Assembly (NCBI GenBank): GCA_050951805.1 | Contig: JBMNJT010000008.1 | Location: forward strand, 192,001 to 256,000 | Source: Bacillota bacterium | Lineage (GTDB): Bacteria; Bacillota; DTU025 | Length of the DNA stretch: 64,000 bases | Direction: 5' to 3' | Shown: positions 17,981 through 28,691 of the stretch, piece by piece | Position numbering within the stretch: the stretch's first letter is position 1 | How the letters are laid out: the number at the start of each line of letters is the position of its first letter | The notes under the pieces: generated by a model | Database searches by the model: none | What the model saw: the letters and a program-made list of their open reading frames with translations, nothing else | Told to the model about the DNA's origin: nothing | Translations under genes and position numbers: made by a program

Positions 17981-19471
17981 TTGAACGAATTGATGCGCGC
18001 GATTCCGTCAATATCGGATGTGCTTTCCGATCCTGCCGCCGTAGAACTGATGGCGGCGTATCCCAGGTGGGCTGTGCGGAATGCCGCCCGTGAGCTTATA
18101 GATTCGGAGAGGCGGAGGTTTTCTTCCGTGGCCGGCCAAGGGGTCTGCTCCATAGATGTGCAAAGGCAGGACGTATTGGCCCGTGTTGTGGCGAACCTGC
18201 CGTCTGCAACCGTCTTGGCTGCAGCGCCAGGGCCTAGGTATGTGATAAACGCCACGGGAATAGTCCTCCATACCAATCTGGGGCGCGCTCCGCTTCCGGA
18301 ATATGCGGCGCGGGCCGTGGCAGAATGCGCAATGGGCTATTCTGATCTCGAATATGACCTTGAAGGCGGCGGACGAGGCTCTCGACAGGATCACATAGCC
18401 CGCGCCATGGCAGAGCTTACGGGTGCGCCTGCAGCCTATGTAGTAAACAACAATGCTGCAGCAGTCCTGCTGTGTCTTGACACCTTGGCACGTGGCCGCA
18501 AAGTGCTGGTGAGCCGAGGCGAGCTAGTGGAGATAGGCGGATCCTTCAGAGTCCCCGACATCATGGAAAGGTCGGGAGCAACCCTGGTCGAAGTGGGAAC
18601 GACCAACCGCACTCGTCTTTCGGACTACCGTCGCGCCATCGATTTAGAGGCAGGGCTTCTCCTCAAAGTGCACACCTCGAATTTCCGGGTAATGGGATTT
18701 ACTGAGGAGGTGCAGCTGGCGGAGCTTGTAGAACTGGGAAGAGAGTGCGGGCTCCCGGTCATGTATGACTTAGGTTCGGGTCTTGTGTCTGATCTCGGAC
18801 GATTCGGTCTGCACGCGGAGGAGCCTACTGTCATAGAAGCGGTGGCATCCGGGGCGGATCTCGTCACGTTCAGCGGTGACAAACTCTTTGGGGGGCCCCA
18901 GGCCGGCATCATCCTCGGCCGCGAAGATCTGATCCGCAAGATATCTGTCAACCCGCTTGCGCGGGCTCTGCGGATAGACAAGCTTACCTTGTCTGCCCTG
19001 GCTGCTGTGGCGGCGGCATGGGAGAACCCTGATGACGCAGGGGAATCCATACCGGTCTTATCCATGCTCACCCAAAACACAGATGAGCTCAGAGAGCGGG
19101 CTGCTTCGCTCATGGGGCTGATCGAGGCCGGACTCGACGAGAGGGAGATACCTCGGAATTTGGTAGACCTTGCGATAGTCGATGACCCGTCCGAGGCAGG
19201 AGGAGGCTCTATGCCTACCGTGTCTATCCCAGGGGCAAGCGTTTCCGTGACATCCCGCTGTATTCCCGCTGACCAGCTGCAGACGCGCCTCAGAAGATGC
19301 GAACCGCCAGTGGTTGCGCGCATTGCCGAAGGCTCTGTTCGTTTTCACATGAGAACGCTTTTCGAAAGAGACTTGAAGATTCTGGCCGAGCACGTGTGTG
19401 ATGCCCTGGCTTCGCCGGCAACTTTCGGTGGCGATACTGATCTTGACTTCAGCGAGAAGGAGCAAGACTGA
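17981..19471 (+). CDS. selA: L-seryl-tRNA(Sec) selenium transferase (start could be 17969)
   Basis: INATGIVLHTNLGRA, VNNNAAA, SRGELVEIGGSFR, VGTTNRT, FSGDKLFGGPQAG, RALRIDK. Confidence 0.97.
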   Translation: MNELMRAIPSISDVLSDPAAVELMAAYPRWAVRNAARELIDSERRRFSSVAGQGVCSIDVQRQDVLARVVANLPSATVLAAAPGPRYVINATGIVLHTNLGRAPLPEYAARAVAECAMGYSDLEYDLEGGGRGSRQDHIARAMAELTGAPAAYVVNNNAAAVLLCLDTLARGRKVLVSRGELVEIGGSFRVPDIMERSGATLVEVGTTNRTRLSDYRRAIDLEAGLLLKVHTSNFRVMGFTEEVQLAELVELGRECGLPVMYDLGSGLVSDLGRFGLHAEEPTVIEAVASGADLVTFSGDKLFGGPQAGIILGREDLIRKISVNPLARALRIDKLTLSALAAVAAAWENPDDAGESIPVLSMLTQNTDELRERAASLMGLIEAGLDEREIPRNLVDLAIVDDPSEAGGGSMPTVSIPGASVSVTSRCIPADQLQTRLRRCEPPVVARIAEGSVRFHMRTLFERDLKILAEHVCDALASPATFGGDTDLDFSEKEQD

Positions 19472-21378
19472 TGAGATATGCGATAATCGGCACTGCCGGG
19501 CATGTTGATCATGGAAAGACCACGCTCATCAAGGCGCTGACTGGGGTCGATGCCGACCGCCTCCGACAGGAGCAGGAGAGGGGCATGACGATCGACCTCG
19601 GCTTCGCTCCGATCATGCTCCCTTCCGGGCGGGTTGCGGGCGTTGTTGATGTGCCCGGGCATGAGCGGTTCATCAAGAACATGTTGGCGGGGGCCACAGG
19701 CGTCGACGTGGTCTTGCTGGTAGTGGCGGCCGATGAAGGCGTGATGCCTCAGACAGAAGAGCATATCGATATACTCCAGCTTCTGGGCGTGCGCGAGGGC
19801 GTTGTGGCTATAACCAAGGCGGATCTGGTGGACGATGATGAATGGATGGAGCTAGTTGTTGAAGATGTTAAGGAACGTCTGGCAAGCACTTTTCTTGCAA
19901 ATGCCCCCATAATCTGTGTATCGGCCGCCACACGTACCGGCCTCGACACGCTCCTTGCCGCGATAGATTCCGCAGTTGGCCGCGCTGTGCTGCAAGAGGA
20001 GTGGAGTTTCACCAGGCTCCCCATAGACCGAGTTTTTGCAATCTCAGGACACGGCACCGTGGTTACAGGGACGCTGACGGGCGGAGAGGTGAAGCCCGGC
20101 GATAAGTTGGAGCTTCTTCCCGCGGGTAAGAGCGTCCGGGTCCGGCAAGTACAGGTCCACGACAGTGCTGTGGATGAAGCCGTGCGCGGGCAACGCGTGG
20201 CTCTCAACCTCGCTGGCATCGACCGTGCCAACATAGAGCGCGGGATGGTTCTGGCCAAGCCTGGAATGATCGAGCCTGCTCGGATATTCGATGCCGAGCT
20301 TACTCTCCTCGAATCAGCGGATGTGATCGAACATGGCGAGAGGATGCACCTTCACATCGGTGCAGCGGAGGCTGTTTGCAGAGTGAGGACGATCGGGACC
20401 GATGGGGCATGCCCGGGCGACCGCGTCTTTGTCCAACTAGAACTGGAGGAGGAGATTGCCGCGACCCGCGGCGACCGATTCATAGTCCGCACCTACTCTC
20501 CTATGAAGACGGCCGGAGGAGGCCGCGTGCTCGCGGTGTCCAGAGGGCGTCAGCGCCGGTTCAAAGAGGAGACGCTGCATTGGTTTGAGACGTTGTCGGG
20601 AGATGACGAATCCGCCACCGCGCGACTTTTTGCTTCCTCCATCATCGCCCAGAAGTCTGCGCCTGCGTCTGCATTCGACGTAGCCCGGGCGATGTGCGCA
20701 GATCCAGAGCACGTGCGCGATATCTTCGAAGAAGGAGTGGCTCTCGGATGGGCTGTGGCCTTCGGCGAATCGCCGGGCACCCGAACGTATATGCCACGGG
20801 ATGATTGGGACAAGGCTACAGATGCCATTATCAAGGCACTTTCCGAATATCATCGCCGCGAACCATTACGGGCAGGGATGGCGAAGGAAGAGCTCCGAAC
20901 GAGGACCATGTCCTCTTGGGATGGCAAGCCATTTTCGATGCTGATCGCAGCTGCGGCAAGAGACGGGCTCATCGAAGAACGAGGCACTTTGGTGGCACTG
21001 CCTTGGCATACTGTCTCACTCAGCCCAAAGCAGCGGGATGAGGCAGAGAGGCTCGAAGCGGCGTATTCTTCTTCATTGATGTCTCCCCCCGAACGGGACC
21101 AGGCGCTCGCCGGCGAAACCTCGGAGGCCATACTCGACTACCTGATCGATGAGGGAATACTGGTAAGAGTGGGCCCTGAGCTTTTGTTCCACCGGGATGC
21201 ACTGTCCAGGGCGGTGGAAGTAGCGCGCAGTCTCGGAGAAGGTGGCAAGCCATTCACCGCCGCCCAGTTCAGGGATGCTTGCGGAAATACGCGGAAGTAT
21301 GCGGTGGCTCTCCTCGAGTATCTCGACTCCAACAGGATTACTGTGCGGGTAGGGGATGAACGCATCTTGGCAGGTTGA
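19471..21378 (+). CDS. selB: Selenocysteine-specific elongation factor
   Basis: [31 protein letters not shown]-terminal winged helix [13 protein letters not shown]. Confidence 0.97.
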   Translation: MRYAIIGTAGHVDHGKTTLIKALTGVDADRLRQEQERGMTIDLGFAPIMLPSGRVAGVVDVPGHERFIKNMLAGATGVDVVLLVVAADEGVMPQTEEHIDILQLLGVREGVVAITKADLVDDDEWMELVVEDVKERLASTFLANAPIICVSAATRTGLDTLLAAIDSAVGRAVLQEEWSFTRLPIDRVFAISGHGTVVTGTLTGGEVKPGDKLELLPAGKSVRVRQVQVHDSAVDEAVRGQRVALNLAGIDRANIERGMVLAKPGMIEPARIFDAELTLLESADVIEHGERMHLHIGAAEAVCRVRTIGTDGACPGDRVFVQLELEEEIAATRGDRFIVRTYSPMKTAGGGRVLAVSRGRQRRFKEETLHWFETLSGDDESATARLFASSIIAQKSAPASAFDVARAMCADPEHVRDIFEEGVALGWAVAFGESPGTRTYMPRDDWDKATDAIIKALSEYHRREPLRAGMAKEELRTRTMSSWDGKPFSMLIAAAARDGLIEERGTLVALPWHTVSLSPKQRDEAERLEAAYSSSLMSPPERDQALAGETSEAILDYLIDEGILVRVGPELLFHRDALSRAVEVARSLGEGGKPFTAAQFRDACGNTRKYAVALLEYLDSNRITVRVGDERILAG

Positions 21379-21443
21379 GCCTTGCGGTCTTGGATGTTTG
21401 TATGTGGTGTGCTAGAATTGACGCAGCGAACTGAACATAGAAG

Positions 21444-21636
21444 GCTGGTGGGTGCCTGCTATGCGGGTTGAAAGGGAAGTGGCAGCCAGGCGCCGGGCAT
21501 GGGAGAATGCGCCGGGCGAAGCCCGCGGTCCCGCCACTGTAGCCGGGGAGCTGATGCGAGCCGCATGTCACTTTCGCTCATGCGATGGGAAGACGCGCCG
21601 AAGCTATGAACCGGAAGCCAGGAAACCTGCCCACTA
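21444..21636 (+). ncRNA. Cobalamin riboswitch
   Basis: GGTG...AAAGGGAA...CCCGCCACTGTA...GGGAAG...AGCCAGGAAACCTGCC B12 box upstream of btuF; promoter-like TTGGAT-N17-TAGAAT at 21390-21418. Confidence 0.92.
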
Positions 21637-21728
21637 AGCTTGCCGTAACCGCCCTCGAGGAAAAGGGAGGATGCGGATGGCGCAGTGGCGGTTGACCGCT
21701 GCAACCTGTGCCGTGCGTGAAGATTGTC

Positions 21729-21758
21729 CCTGTTCATCATGGGTGAACAGGTTTTTTT
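21729..21758 (+). terminator. Intrinsic terminator, probable riboswitch expression platform
   Basis: CCTGTTCATC-ATG-GGTGAACAGG followed by T7. Confidence 0.85.
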
Positions 21759-21834
21759 ATGCGCAACGAGATGCTGCGGCTCACGCCGGCCTATACGGGC
21801 GCACATGCGCCAAACCGGAAAGGAGTGTCCAACA

Positions 21835-22794
21835 ATGAGATCGTCATTTATCAAACGGACAATGGCAAGCATCGTGCTTGCTCTCGTTGTTATCCTGGCG
21901 TTTTCGCCAGTGCCTCTGGAGGCGTCGCTGCACGCGGACGGGGTGGATTATGCTGCTTCCACTCTGTCAAGCGGATTTCCCGTCACGATAGTAGATGACA
22001 CCGGATACAGACTCGTGATCAAGAAGGCGCCTGCCAGGATCGTGTCGCTTGCTCCGAGCAACACCGAGATCCTTTTCAGCATCGGGCTTGGTGATAGGCT
22101 TGTTGGGGTCACGACAGCATGTGATTACCCGCAGGCGGCTGCCAAGATCGACAAAATCGGCGATTACACCATCAACGTAGAGGCGGTGGTGGCGAAGAGG
22201 CCGGACTTAGTTGTGGCTCAGTCTGACTTGCAGATGCCTGTTGTGGAAAAACTCAGGGAGCTCGGGATCACGGTGCTAGCGGTCGCCCCGAAAACCATGG
22301 ATGAGGTTTTCAGATCGATGGAGATGATCGGGGCCGCGGCAGGCGAGGGCGTGCGGGCCCGGAAGGTCGTATCGTCCCTTGAAACGCGAGTGTCTGCGGT
22401 GGAAAAGGCTGTTGCCGGTCTGCCCGAGTCGAAGAGGCCTGTTGCGTTTGTGGAGATATGGAATGATCCGTTGATGACTGCGGGAGCTGGGACATTCATT
22501 GATGACCTTATTACACGTGCAGGCGGACGCAACCTTGCGGGAGATGTTGATGGCTGGCCTCAGATCAGTCCCGAGCTTGTGGTCGCGTCGAAGCCTGATG
22601 TGATCATACTGACATGCTTCAACAAGGCGGAGGTCATGGCCAGGCCCGCTTGGCAGAAAATCCCGGCCGTGGTCCGTGGCGCCGTGTACGAGCTTGTACC
22701 CGACCTCCTTGTTAGGCCAGGCCCACGGTTGGTCGACGGGCTTGAGGCGCTGGCGGCCATATTCCACCCCAGCCTATTCGGGCTGAGAAAATAG
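21835..22794 (+). CDS. btuF: Cobalamin ABC transporter substrate-binding protein
   Basis: FPVTIVDDTG, PARIVSLAPSNTEILF, AGGRNL, RPGPRLVDGLE; downstream of the B12 riboswitch; AAGGAG RBS. Confidence 0.88.
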   Translation: MRSSFIKRTMASIVLALVVILAFSPVPLEASLHADGVDYAASTLSSGFPVTIVDDTGYRLVIKKAPARIVSLAPSNTEILFSIGLGDRLVGVTTACDYPQAAAKIDKIGDYTINVEAVVAKRPDLVVAQSDLQMPVVEKLRELGITVLAVAPKTMDEVFRSMEMIGAAAGEGVRARKVVSSLETRVSAVEKAVAGLPESKRPVAFVEIWNDPLMTAGAGTFIDDLITRAGGRNLAGDVDGWPQISPELVVASKPDVIILTCFNKAEVMARPAWQKIPAVVRGAVYELVPDLLVRPGPRLVDGLEALAAIFHPSLFGLRK

Positions 22795-22908
22795 GCTGCA
22801 AGCAACCGCGCCAACCGATTTGCTGGACAGTCCCTACGGACGCAATCGCTGTCCGTGGGGCATTGGAACAGAGCGATATGGGAAGATGTGGGGAAGGGGG
22901 CCTGGCTA

Positions 22909-23973
22909 ATGACGAAACCTGGCAGGGCGAGGCTTCGCATTCTGATCCTGGCGGTAGCGATGGTAGCCGTAATATGCTGGTCTGCGTCTGCTGGCACAGC
23001 GGGCGTGCCAGCCGGGGTGGCACTCAGGGTGCTTCTATCGAAAATGCCAGTCATTGGGCGATACGTTAGCCTGTCAGAGACCGATGTTGCTCCCTACGAC
23101 TTGGAGAGTGTGGAGATAATAGTCACCCAGATCCGCCTTCCACGGATCGTTCTTGGCCTTCTTGTGGGAGCAGGGCTTTCCGCCACAGGCGCGTCCTTTC
23201 AGGGGCTGTTCAGGAACCCCCTTGCCGATCCATACATAATCGGAGCGTCGTCAGGCGCCGCGCTCGGCGCCTGCATAGGTATTCTCGCTGCTGGCGCCAC
23301 GGGCATCGGCTCGCTTTCGGCGCCATCTTCCTACATCCCGCTATTCGCTTTTGCAGGGGCAGTGATCACGGTTGCTTTCGTCTATGCCTTGGCCACTTTG
23401 GATGGTTGCCTTCCCACCGACACCTTTCTCCTTGCCGGTGTGGTTGTGGGTTCTTTTGTATGGGCGGCGGTCTCGTTTTTGATGGTTGTCGCCGGAGAGG
23501 ACCTGCCGAAAGTGGTAATGTGGCTCATGGGGAGCCTTTCCGCAAAGAGCTGGTCCCATGTGAGAATTACCGCCCCGTACGTCATAGGTGGGACGTTGGC
23601 TTTGACTGCCCTCGGGCGCGACCTCAACCTCATAGCTGTGGGAGAGGAACCCGCCCGCTACATGGGGCTGGACGTGGAGAGATTCAAGAAAGTGATCATA
23701 GTCATAGGATCGCTAATCACAGCAGCTGTGGTCTCAACATCGGGGCTCATCGGTTTTGTGGGCCTTGTGGTCCCGCACATCGCCCGTATGATCATCGGCC
23801 CCGACCACCGCTCGCTGATCCCGGTTTCGGCGGCGGGAGGTGCTATATTCATGGTTGCGGCCGATACTCTGGCGAGAGTGATAATACCTCCCCGGGAAAT
23901 ACCTGTAGGAGTAATCACAGCAATGGCAGGAGCGCCGTTCTTCTTCTACCTGCTCCGAAGGAGGAAAAGATGA
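22909..23973 (+). CDS. btuC: Cobalamin ABC transporter permease (FecCD family)
   Basis: IRLPRIVLG, QGLFRNPLADPYIIG, GLIGFVGLVVPH, EIPVGVITA. Confidence 0.9.
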   Translation: MTKPGRARLRILILAVAMVAVICWSASAGTAGVPAGVALRVLLSKMPVIGRYVSLSETDVAPYDLESVEIIVTQIRLPRIVLGLLVGAGLSATGASFQGLFRNPLADPYIIGASSGAALGACIGILAAGATGIGSLSAPSSYIPLFAFAGAVITVAFVYALATLDGCLPTDTFLLAGVVVGSFVWAAVSFLMVVAGEDLPKVVMWLMGSLSAKSWSHVRITAPYVIGGTLALTALGRDLNLIAVGEEPARYMGLDVERFKKVIIVIGSLITAAVVSTSGLIGFVGLVVPHIARMIIGPDHRSLIPVSAAGGAIFMVAADTLARVIIPPREIPVGVITAMAGAPFFFYLLRRRKR

Positions 23974-24776
23974 GAGTTGAGGCTGTTGATGTGAGATACA
24001 GCTACGGGCCAAATCTTCCTGACACACTCAAGGGCATCAGCCTGGACGTGCCTTCTGGGTCGTTGTACGGGATAATCGGGCCGAACGGATCGGGCAAGTC
24101 GACACTCCTTCGCGTGATAGGCGGGGTTGCACGTCCTTGCCATGGTGCAGTTTTCTACGACGGACGCAACATCTCTGAGCTTTCGCCGCGGGAGGCGGCA
24201 CGCCAGGTGGCTGCTGTGGCCTCAGGGGAGCCCGTCATTTTCCCTTTTACGGTGGAGGAGATCGTGATGATGGGAAGAGCACCCTACCTCAGGCCGCTCC
24301 AGTCCGAGTCGGCCGAGGACATTACCCATGTCGCACAGGCCATGGATCGCACCGGTGTGACCCATCTTGCTTCGCGTCGCATAATGGAGCTTTCCACTGG
24401 TGAGAGGCAGCGCGTGCTGATCGCCAGGGCCTTGGCACAACAGCCCAAGGTGTTGCTTTTGGACGAACCCACAGCGCATCTGGACGTAAACTACCAGGTG
24501 GGGATAATGGAGCTTGCCACATCGCTTGCCCATGATTCTGGAATTACCACTATCGCCGTGCTCCACGACTTGAACCTCGCAGGAAGATATTGCGACAGAT
24601 TGGCGATGATCCAGGATGGTCAGGTTGTGGCCGAAGGTTGCCCCGATGAAGTGCTTACCGAGGCGAATCTTCTCGACGTGTATGGCGTGAGGGCGGTTGT
24701 GGCCCGCCGTCCAGAATTGGATAGGCCTGCCGTTTTCGTGATATCGGGAAGCTCTGATGGAGACGGCAAGGGATGA
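23970..24776 (+). CDS. btuD: Cobalamin ABC transporter ATP-binding protein
   Basis: GPNGSGKST, LSTGERQ, LLLDEPT, LHDLNLA; ATG overlaps the permease stop. Confidence 0.9.
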   Translation: MRVEAVDVRYSYGPNLPDTLKGISLDVPSGSLYGIIGPNGSGKSTLLRVIGGVARPCHGAVFYDGRNISELSPREAARQVAAVASGEPVIFPFTVEEIVMMGRAPYLRPLQSESAEDITHVAQAMDRTGVTHLASRRIMELSTGERQRVLIARALAQQPKVLLLDEPTAHLDVNYQVGIMELATSLAHDSGITTIAVLHDLNLAGRYCDRLAMIQDGQVVAEGCPDEVLTEANLLDVYGVRAVVARRPELDRPAVFVISGSSDGDGKG

Positions 24777-24811
24777 TAGATGCGACTTGTGAACTGAGGA
24801 GGCGTCAATGG

Positions 24812-25444
24812 GTGAAAAAATGCAATACGTCGGCTGGTGAGATAAGGGCGGCATATGGCCGAATTCCCAATGCCTTGGTCCAAGCATATACGGGAGACGG
24901 AAAAGGCAAGACCACGGCCGCACTGGGCCTGGCGATGCGGGCTTTGGGACATGGCTACAAGGTGCGGATGATCCAGTTCATGAAGGGGACGAGCTTTACA
25001 GGGGAGCTGGAGGCGGCAAAGGCATTTGATCCCAACTTCGAGATATTCCAGTTCGGGAGGGATTGCAAATACTCTGACAAGATCAGATCAGGGGAGGCTG
25101 TTTGCGAGGGATGCGGTGATTGTTTCGTCCGCATGGGCGATCCAGAACCCTGCGACATCGAATACGCGAGACAGGCCTACGAGCTTGCCGGCGCCACGCT
25201 TGACGCGAAAGCGGCTGATCTGGTAATACTAGACGAAATCGCCAATGCAGTCAACTTCGGTCTTCTCAGCGTCGAAGATGCCGTCTCCCTTGTGGAGCGC
25301 CGTCCGGATGGTGTCGAGCTAGTCCTCACAGGGCGAGACATGCCAAAGACCCTCATCGACATGGCGGACCTGGTCACTGAGATGAAGATGGTGAAGCACC
25401 CGTACATGCGCGGAATCTCCGCAAGGCACGGAATAGAGTACTGA
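24812..25444 (+). CDS. cobO: Cob(I)yrinic acid a,c-diamide adenosyltransferase (CobO/BtuR); start could be 24773
   Basis: YTGDGKGKTTAALG, IQFMKG, ILDEI, LTGR, ADLVTEM, KHPY, GIEY. Confidence 0.93.
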   Translation: MKKCNTSAGEIRAAYGRIPNALVQAYTGDGKGKTTAALGLAMRALGHGYKVRMIQFMKGTSFTGELEAAKAFDPNFEIFQFGRDCKYSDKIRSGEAVCEGCGDCFVRMGDPEPCDIEYARQAYELAGATLDAKAADLVILDEIANAVNFGLLSVEDAVSLVERRPDGVELVLTGRDMPKTLIDMADLVTEMKMVKHPYMRGISARHGIEY

Positions 25445-25565
25445 CTCGGCTTTGGCGGCATGGAACGCGGGCAGAGAACCGAAGGCCGACATTCCGCGAA
25501 AGCCCGGCTAGGGTCCTTCTTTGTGCTGAGACAATAGTGCTGCAACATGAGGAGGAGGGACTCAT

Positions 25566-26993
25566 ATGGGAAGCGAGATCAGATTTGGAACAGATGGGTG
25601 GAGGGCGGTAATGTGCGATGCTTTCACCTTCGCCAATGTCCGAGCCGTCATTCAGGCGGTGGCGGACTACGTGATCAGCCATGATATGCGTGACCGCGGC
25701 GTTTTGGTGGGGTATGATGCCCGTTTCCTTTCCCGCGGATTTGCAGAGGTCGCCGCAGAAGTGTTAGCGGCCAACTCAATCCCAACCCTTGTCACCAACC
25801 GCGACACTCCAACACCTGTAGTGGCATTCACCGTCGCCGACCGAGGCCTTGCGGGGGCAGTCATGTTTACTGCCAGCCATAATCCGCCTGAATACAACGG
25901 CGTGAAGTGGATTCCGCATTATGCCGGGCCTGCCGACCCAGACATTACCAATGAAATAGAAGGACACATAGCACGGCGGGCGAATGCCGGTTCGATTCCG
26001 CGTACGATGCCTTTCGAGGAGGCCCTTGCGGCGGGAATTGTCAGATCGATCGATCCTTCAGACAGATACCTGTCGCGCATTCGATCCCTTGTGGCTCTCG
26101 ATACAATTGCCGAAAGCGGCATCAAGATCGTGTACGACCCGCTTTTTTCTACGGGCAGAGGATACGTAGACAGGATATTGGCAGAGGCAGGATGTAACGT
26201 TGAGACTATAAATGGCTGTAGGGATCCGCTCTTTGGAGGAGGATCCCCCGATCCTCAAGAGGAGAGCTTGGGTGATCTCCGGGAGAAGGTGCTCTCTTCG
26301 GGCGCAGATATTGGCCTTGCCACGGACGGGGACGCCGACAGATTTGGCGCCATCGATTCAGACGGAACATATTTTGGGGCAAATCAGATAATCCCACTGC
26401 TCTTGCTCCATCTGATACGGGCTGGAAGGGGGCAAGGGGTGGTTGTGCGTACTATCGCCACCACTCATTTGATCGACAGGATAGCCCATGCTCATGGAAT
26501 CGACGTCATCGAAACACCGGTAGGATTCAAATACATATGCCAGGTGATGAGGGAGAGAGACGTGATAATTGTGGGAGAGGAGAGCGGAGGCCTCTCGATT
26601 GGCGGACACGTTCCCGAAAAAGACGGCATTCTTGCGAACCTGCTTCTTGCTGAATTCAGAGCGGTCGAAGGCAGGCCCTTGACGAAGTCGCTCCGGGCGG
26701 TCATGGACGAATACGGCGCGTCTTGCACACGCCGGATCGACATGAGGTTTTCCGACAACCGCAAACGGGATGCTCTGATTAGGAGATTCGTGGAGAAACC
26801 CCCACTTGAGGTGGCGGGGCGCCGGGTGTGCGACATCTCCACAACAGATGGCGTCAGATTCACCCTCGATGGCGGTGATTGGTTTCTTGTCAGGGCGTCA
26901 GGCACGGAACCCGTTGTGAGGCTATACGTAGAATCAAAGTCTGACGAAGGTATTTCGGCTCTCCTCGGCGAATTTAACGCACTATTAGGTTGA
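25566..26993 (+). CDS. Phosphoglucomutase/phosphomannomutase family protein
   Basis: FGTDGWR, TASHNP, DGDADR, GEESGG, RASGTEP. Confidence 0.93.
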   Translation: MGSEIRFGTDGWRAVMCDAFTFANVRAVIQAVADYVISHDMRDRGVLVGYDARFLSRGFAEVAAEVLAANSIPTLVTNRDTPTPVVAFTVADRGLAGAVMFTASHNPPEYNGVKWIPHYAGPADPDITNEIEGHIARRANAGSIPRTMPFEEALAAGIVRSIDPSDRYLSRIRSLVALDTIAESGIKIVYDPLFSTGRGYVDRILAEAGCNVETINGCRDPLFGGGSPDPQEESLGDLREKVLSSGADIGLATDGDADRFGAIDSDGTYFGANQIIPLLLLHLIRAGRGQGVVVRTIATTHLIDRIAHAHGIDVIETPVGFKYICQVMRERDVIIVGEESGGLSIGGHVPEKDGILANLLLAEFRAVEGRPLTKSLRAVMDEYGASCTRRIDMRFSDNRKRDALIRRFVEKPPLEVAGRRVCDISTTDGVRFTLDGGDWFLVRASGTEPVVRLYVESKSDEGISALLGEFNALLG

Positions 26994-27049
26994 CAGAGCT
27001 TTCTGTTTCTGCTGATAGCGTTAGATGTGACAGACGGGGGTGGCATTTC

Positions 27050-28198
27050 ATGGGTTATTACGATCGATGGGGAAGGCCTCGCGGATTTGGATTTCCACTA
27101 TTTGTGGCCGCTTTAGTCGGAGCGGTAATCGGGGGATTAGTTGTGGGGATGTTGCTGATCGGCCGCATCCCTCAGCAGCAGGCGGCGCCTGCGCCTCAGC
27201 TCTCTACTCCGTCCGACGATGAGATTCTTCCGCCGTCAGAACGATTGTCGGCGGAAGCATATTCAATAGCTTCTGCTGCCAAGAAAGTGAGCCCAGCTGT
27301 GGTGAAGATCGCCACCCGCCAGGAAGAATTGGTCTTTTCCTTCTTCTTCAGGCCGGTCATACAGGAGAGGGAAGGGTTAGGTTCCGGAGTGATAATCGAT
27401 GCGTCAGGCCATATCCTCACCAACTACCATGTCATCAAAAACGTGACAGAGATAGTGGTTGTGCTGGCAGATGGCCGTCAGTTTCCCGGAAGTGTGGTGG
27501 GGGTAGATCCCTACACTGACCTTGCAGTAGTCAAGATCGAAGGAGAGGGATTGCCCGTTGCAGAACTAGGCAACTCTGACCAAATCGTGATCGGAGAACC
27601 TGTCGTGGCCATAGGAAACCCGTATGGGTTCGATCATACGGTAACCGCCGGAGTGGTGAGCGCCTTGAACCGTTCCATAAGCACGGATGAGAGAGATGGG
27701 GTAGTTTTGGAGAACTTGATTCAGACTGACGCTCCTATTAACCCTGGCAATTCAGGAGGGGCTTTGGTGACCACAGATGGTAAGGTGGTGGGGATCAACA
27801 CCGCCATCATACAGGGAGCCCAGGGCATCGGGTTTGCTATTCCCATTAACGTGGCTCGCAACGTGGCAAACGAGATCATCCAGTATGGAAAGGTAAAAAG
27901 GCCGTATCTCGGAGTCTCGGAGGTAGTGGTTGTAAGCAGAAACATTGCGTTAAGATACGGACTGGCCGTGGACAGCGGCATCTACATTTCGTCGGTGGTT
28001 CGTGGAAGCCCCGCTGACCGTGCGGGCCTCGGAAGAGGGGACATCATTATCGCTATCAACGGCGCACAGGTGGCGACGGCGGATGATGTAAGAAGGTGCG
28101 TGCTAAAATCATCTATAGGGGACCAGATGACGTTCACTGTTGTGGGCACCAACAGGCGGCAGCGAGACGTCGTTGTAACCTTGGGCGAGATGCCGTGA
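27050..28198 (+). CDS. htrA: HtrA/DegP-like serine protease with PDZ domain
   Basis: N-terminal TM, GSGVII, TNYHV, DLAVVK, TDAPINPGNSGG, C-terminal PDZ. Confidence 0.93.
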   Translation: MGYYDRWGRPRGFGFPLFVAALVGAVIGGLVVGMLLIGRIPQQQAAPAPQLSTPSDDEILPPSERLSAEAYSIASAAKKVSPAVVKIATRQEELVFSFFFRPVIQEREGLGSGVIIDASGHILTNYHVIKNVTEIVVVLADGRQFPGSVVGVDPYTDLAVVKIEGEGLPVAELGNSDQIVIGEPVVAIGNPYGFDHTVTAGVVSALNRSISTDERDGVVLENLIQTDAPINPGNSGGALVTTDGKVVGINTAIIQGAQGIGFAIPINVARNVANEIIQYGKVKRPYLGVSEVVVVSRNIALRYGLAVDSGIYISSVVRGSPADRAGLGRGDIIIAINGAQVATADDVRRCVLKSSIGDQMTFTVVGTNRRQRDVVVTLGEMP

Positions 28199-28677
28199 TG
28201 CGCATTGATGTAGTCGCCGTTGGCAAGATGAAGGAGAGATTCCTTGCCGAGGCAGTGCGTGATTATGAGCGGCGAATATCCCGATATTGCAGAATTGAGA
28301 TACGCGAGGTGGCGGAGTCGCCGTTTGCCGAATCGGACGGCGAAGCCAGAAAAAGTCAACTCCGGGCAGGCGAAGCTGCCAGGTTGATATCGCGAATCCG
28401 GCCAGGCTCGTATGTAATAGCTTGTGACCTCGCCGGAAAGGAGATGACTTCTGAGCAGTTCGCTCAGGTCATCTCCGATCTCGGCGTCGCAGGCGTAAGC
28501 GACCTCACTTTCGTGATCGGAGGTCCTCTTGGATATTCCCCCGAGGTCCTTGCCGGAGCGAATCAGAGGATAGCCTTCTCGAAGATGACATTCCCGCATC
28601 AATTGATGCGGGTGATTCTTCTGGAGCAAATATACAGGGCTTTCAAAATAGCAAGGAATGAACCATATCATCATTGA
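28198..28677 (+). CDS. rlmH: 23S rRNA pseudouridine(1915)-N3-methyltransferase
   Basis: AVGKMKE, FVIGGPLG, FSKMTFPHQLMRVILLEQIYRA, EPYH. Confidence 0.96.
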   Translation: MRIDVVAVGKMKERFLAEAVRDYERRISRYCRIEIREVAESPFAESDGEARKSQLRAGEAARLISRIRPGSYVIACDLAGKEMTSEQFAQVISDLGVAGVSDLTFVIGGPLGYSPEVLAGANQRIAFSKMTFPHQLMRVILLEQIYRAFKIARNEPYHH

Positions 28678-28682
28678 TCAGC

Positions 28683-28691
28683 TGTGGATAA
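28683..28691. promoter_or_regulatory. Perfect DnaA box (TGTGGATAA)
   Basis: Exact reverse complement of TTATCCACA in the short rlmH-thyX spacer. Confidence 0.45.

Noticed and set aside
23406-23969. N-terminal 188 aa of the 456-aa ORF
   Set aside because: Alternative-frame overlap with btuC; the ATPase starts at 23970.
28660-28677. rlmH 3' end as an occupied SCC-like integration site
   Set aside because: No recombinase and no second copy of the att-like sequence were seen; thyX follows directly.
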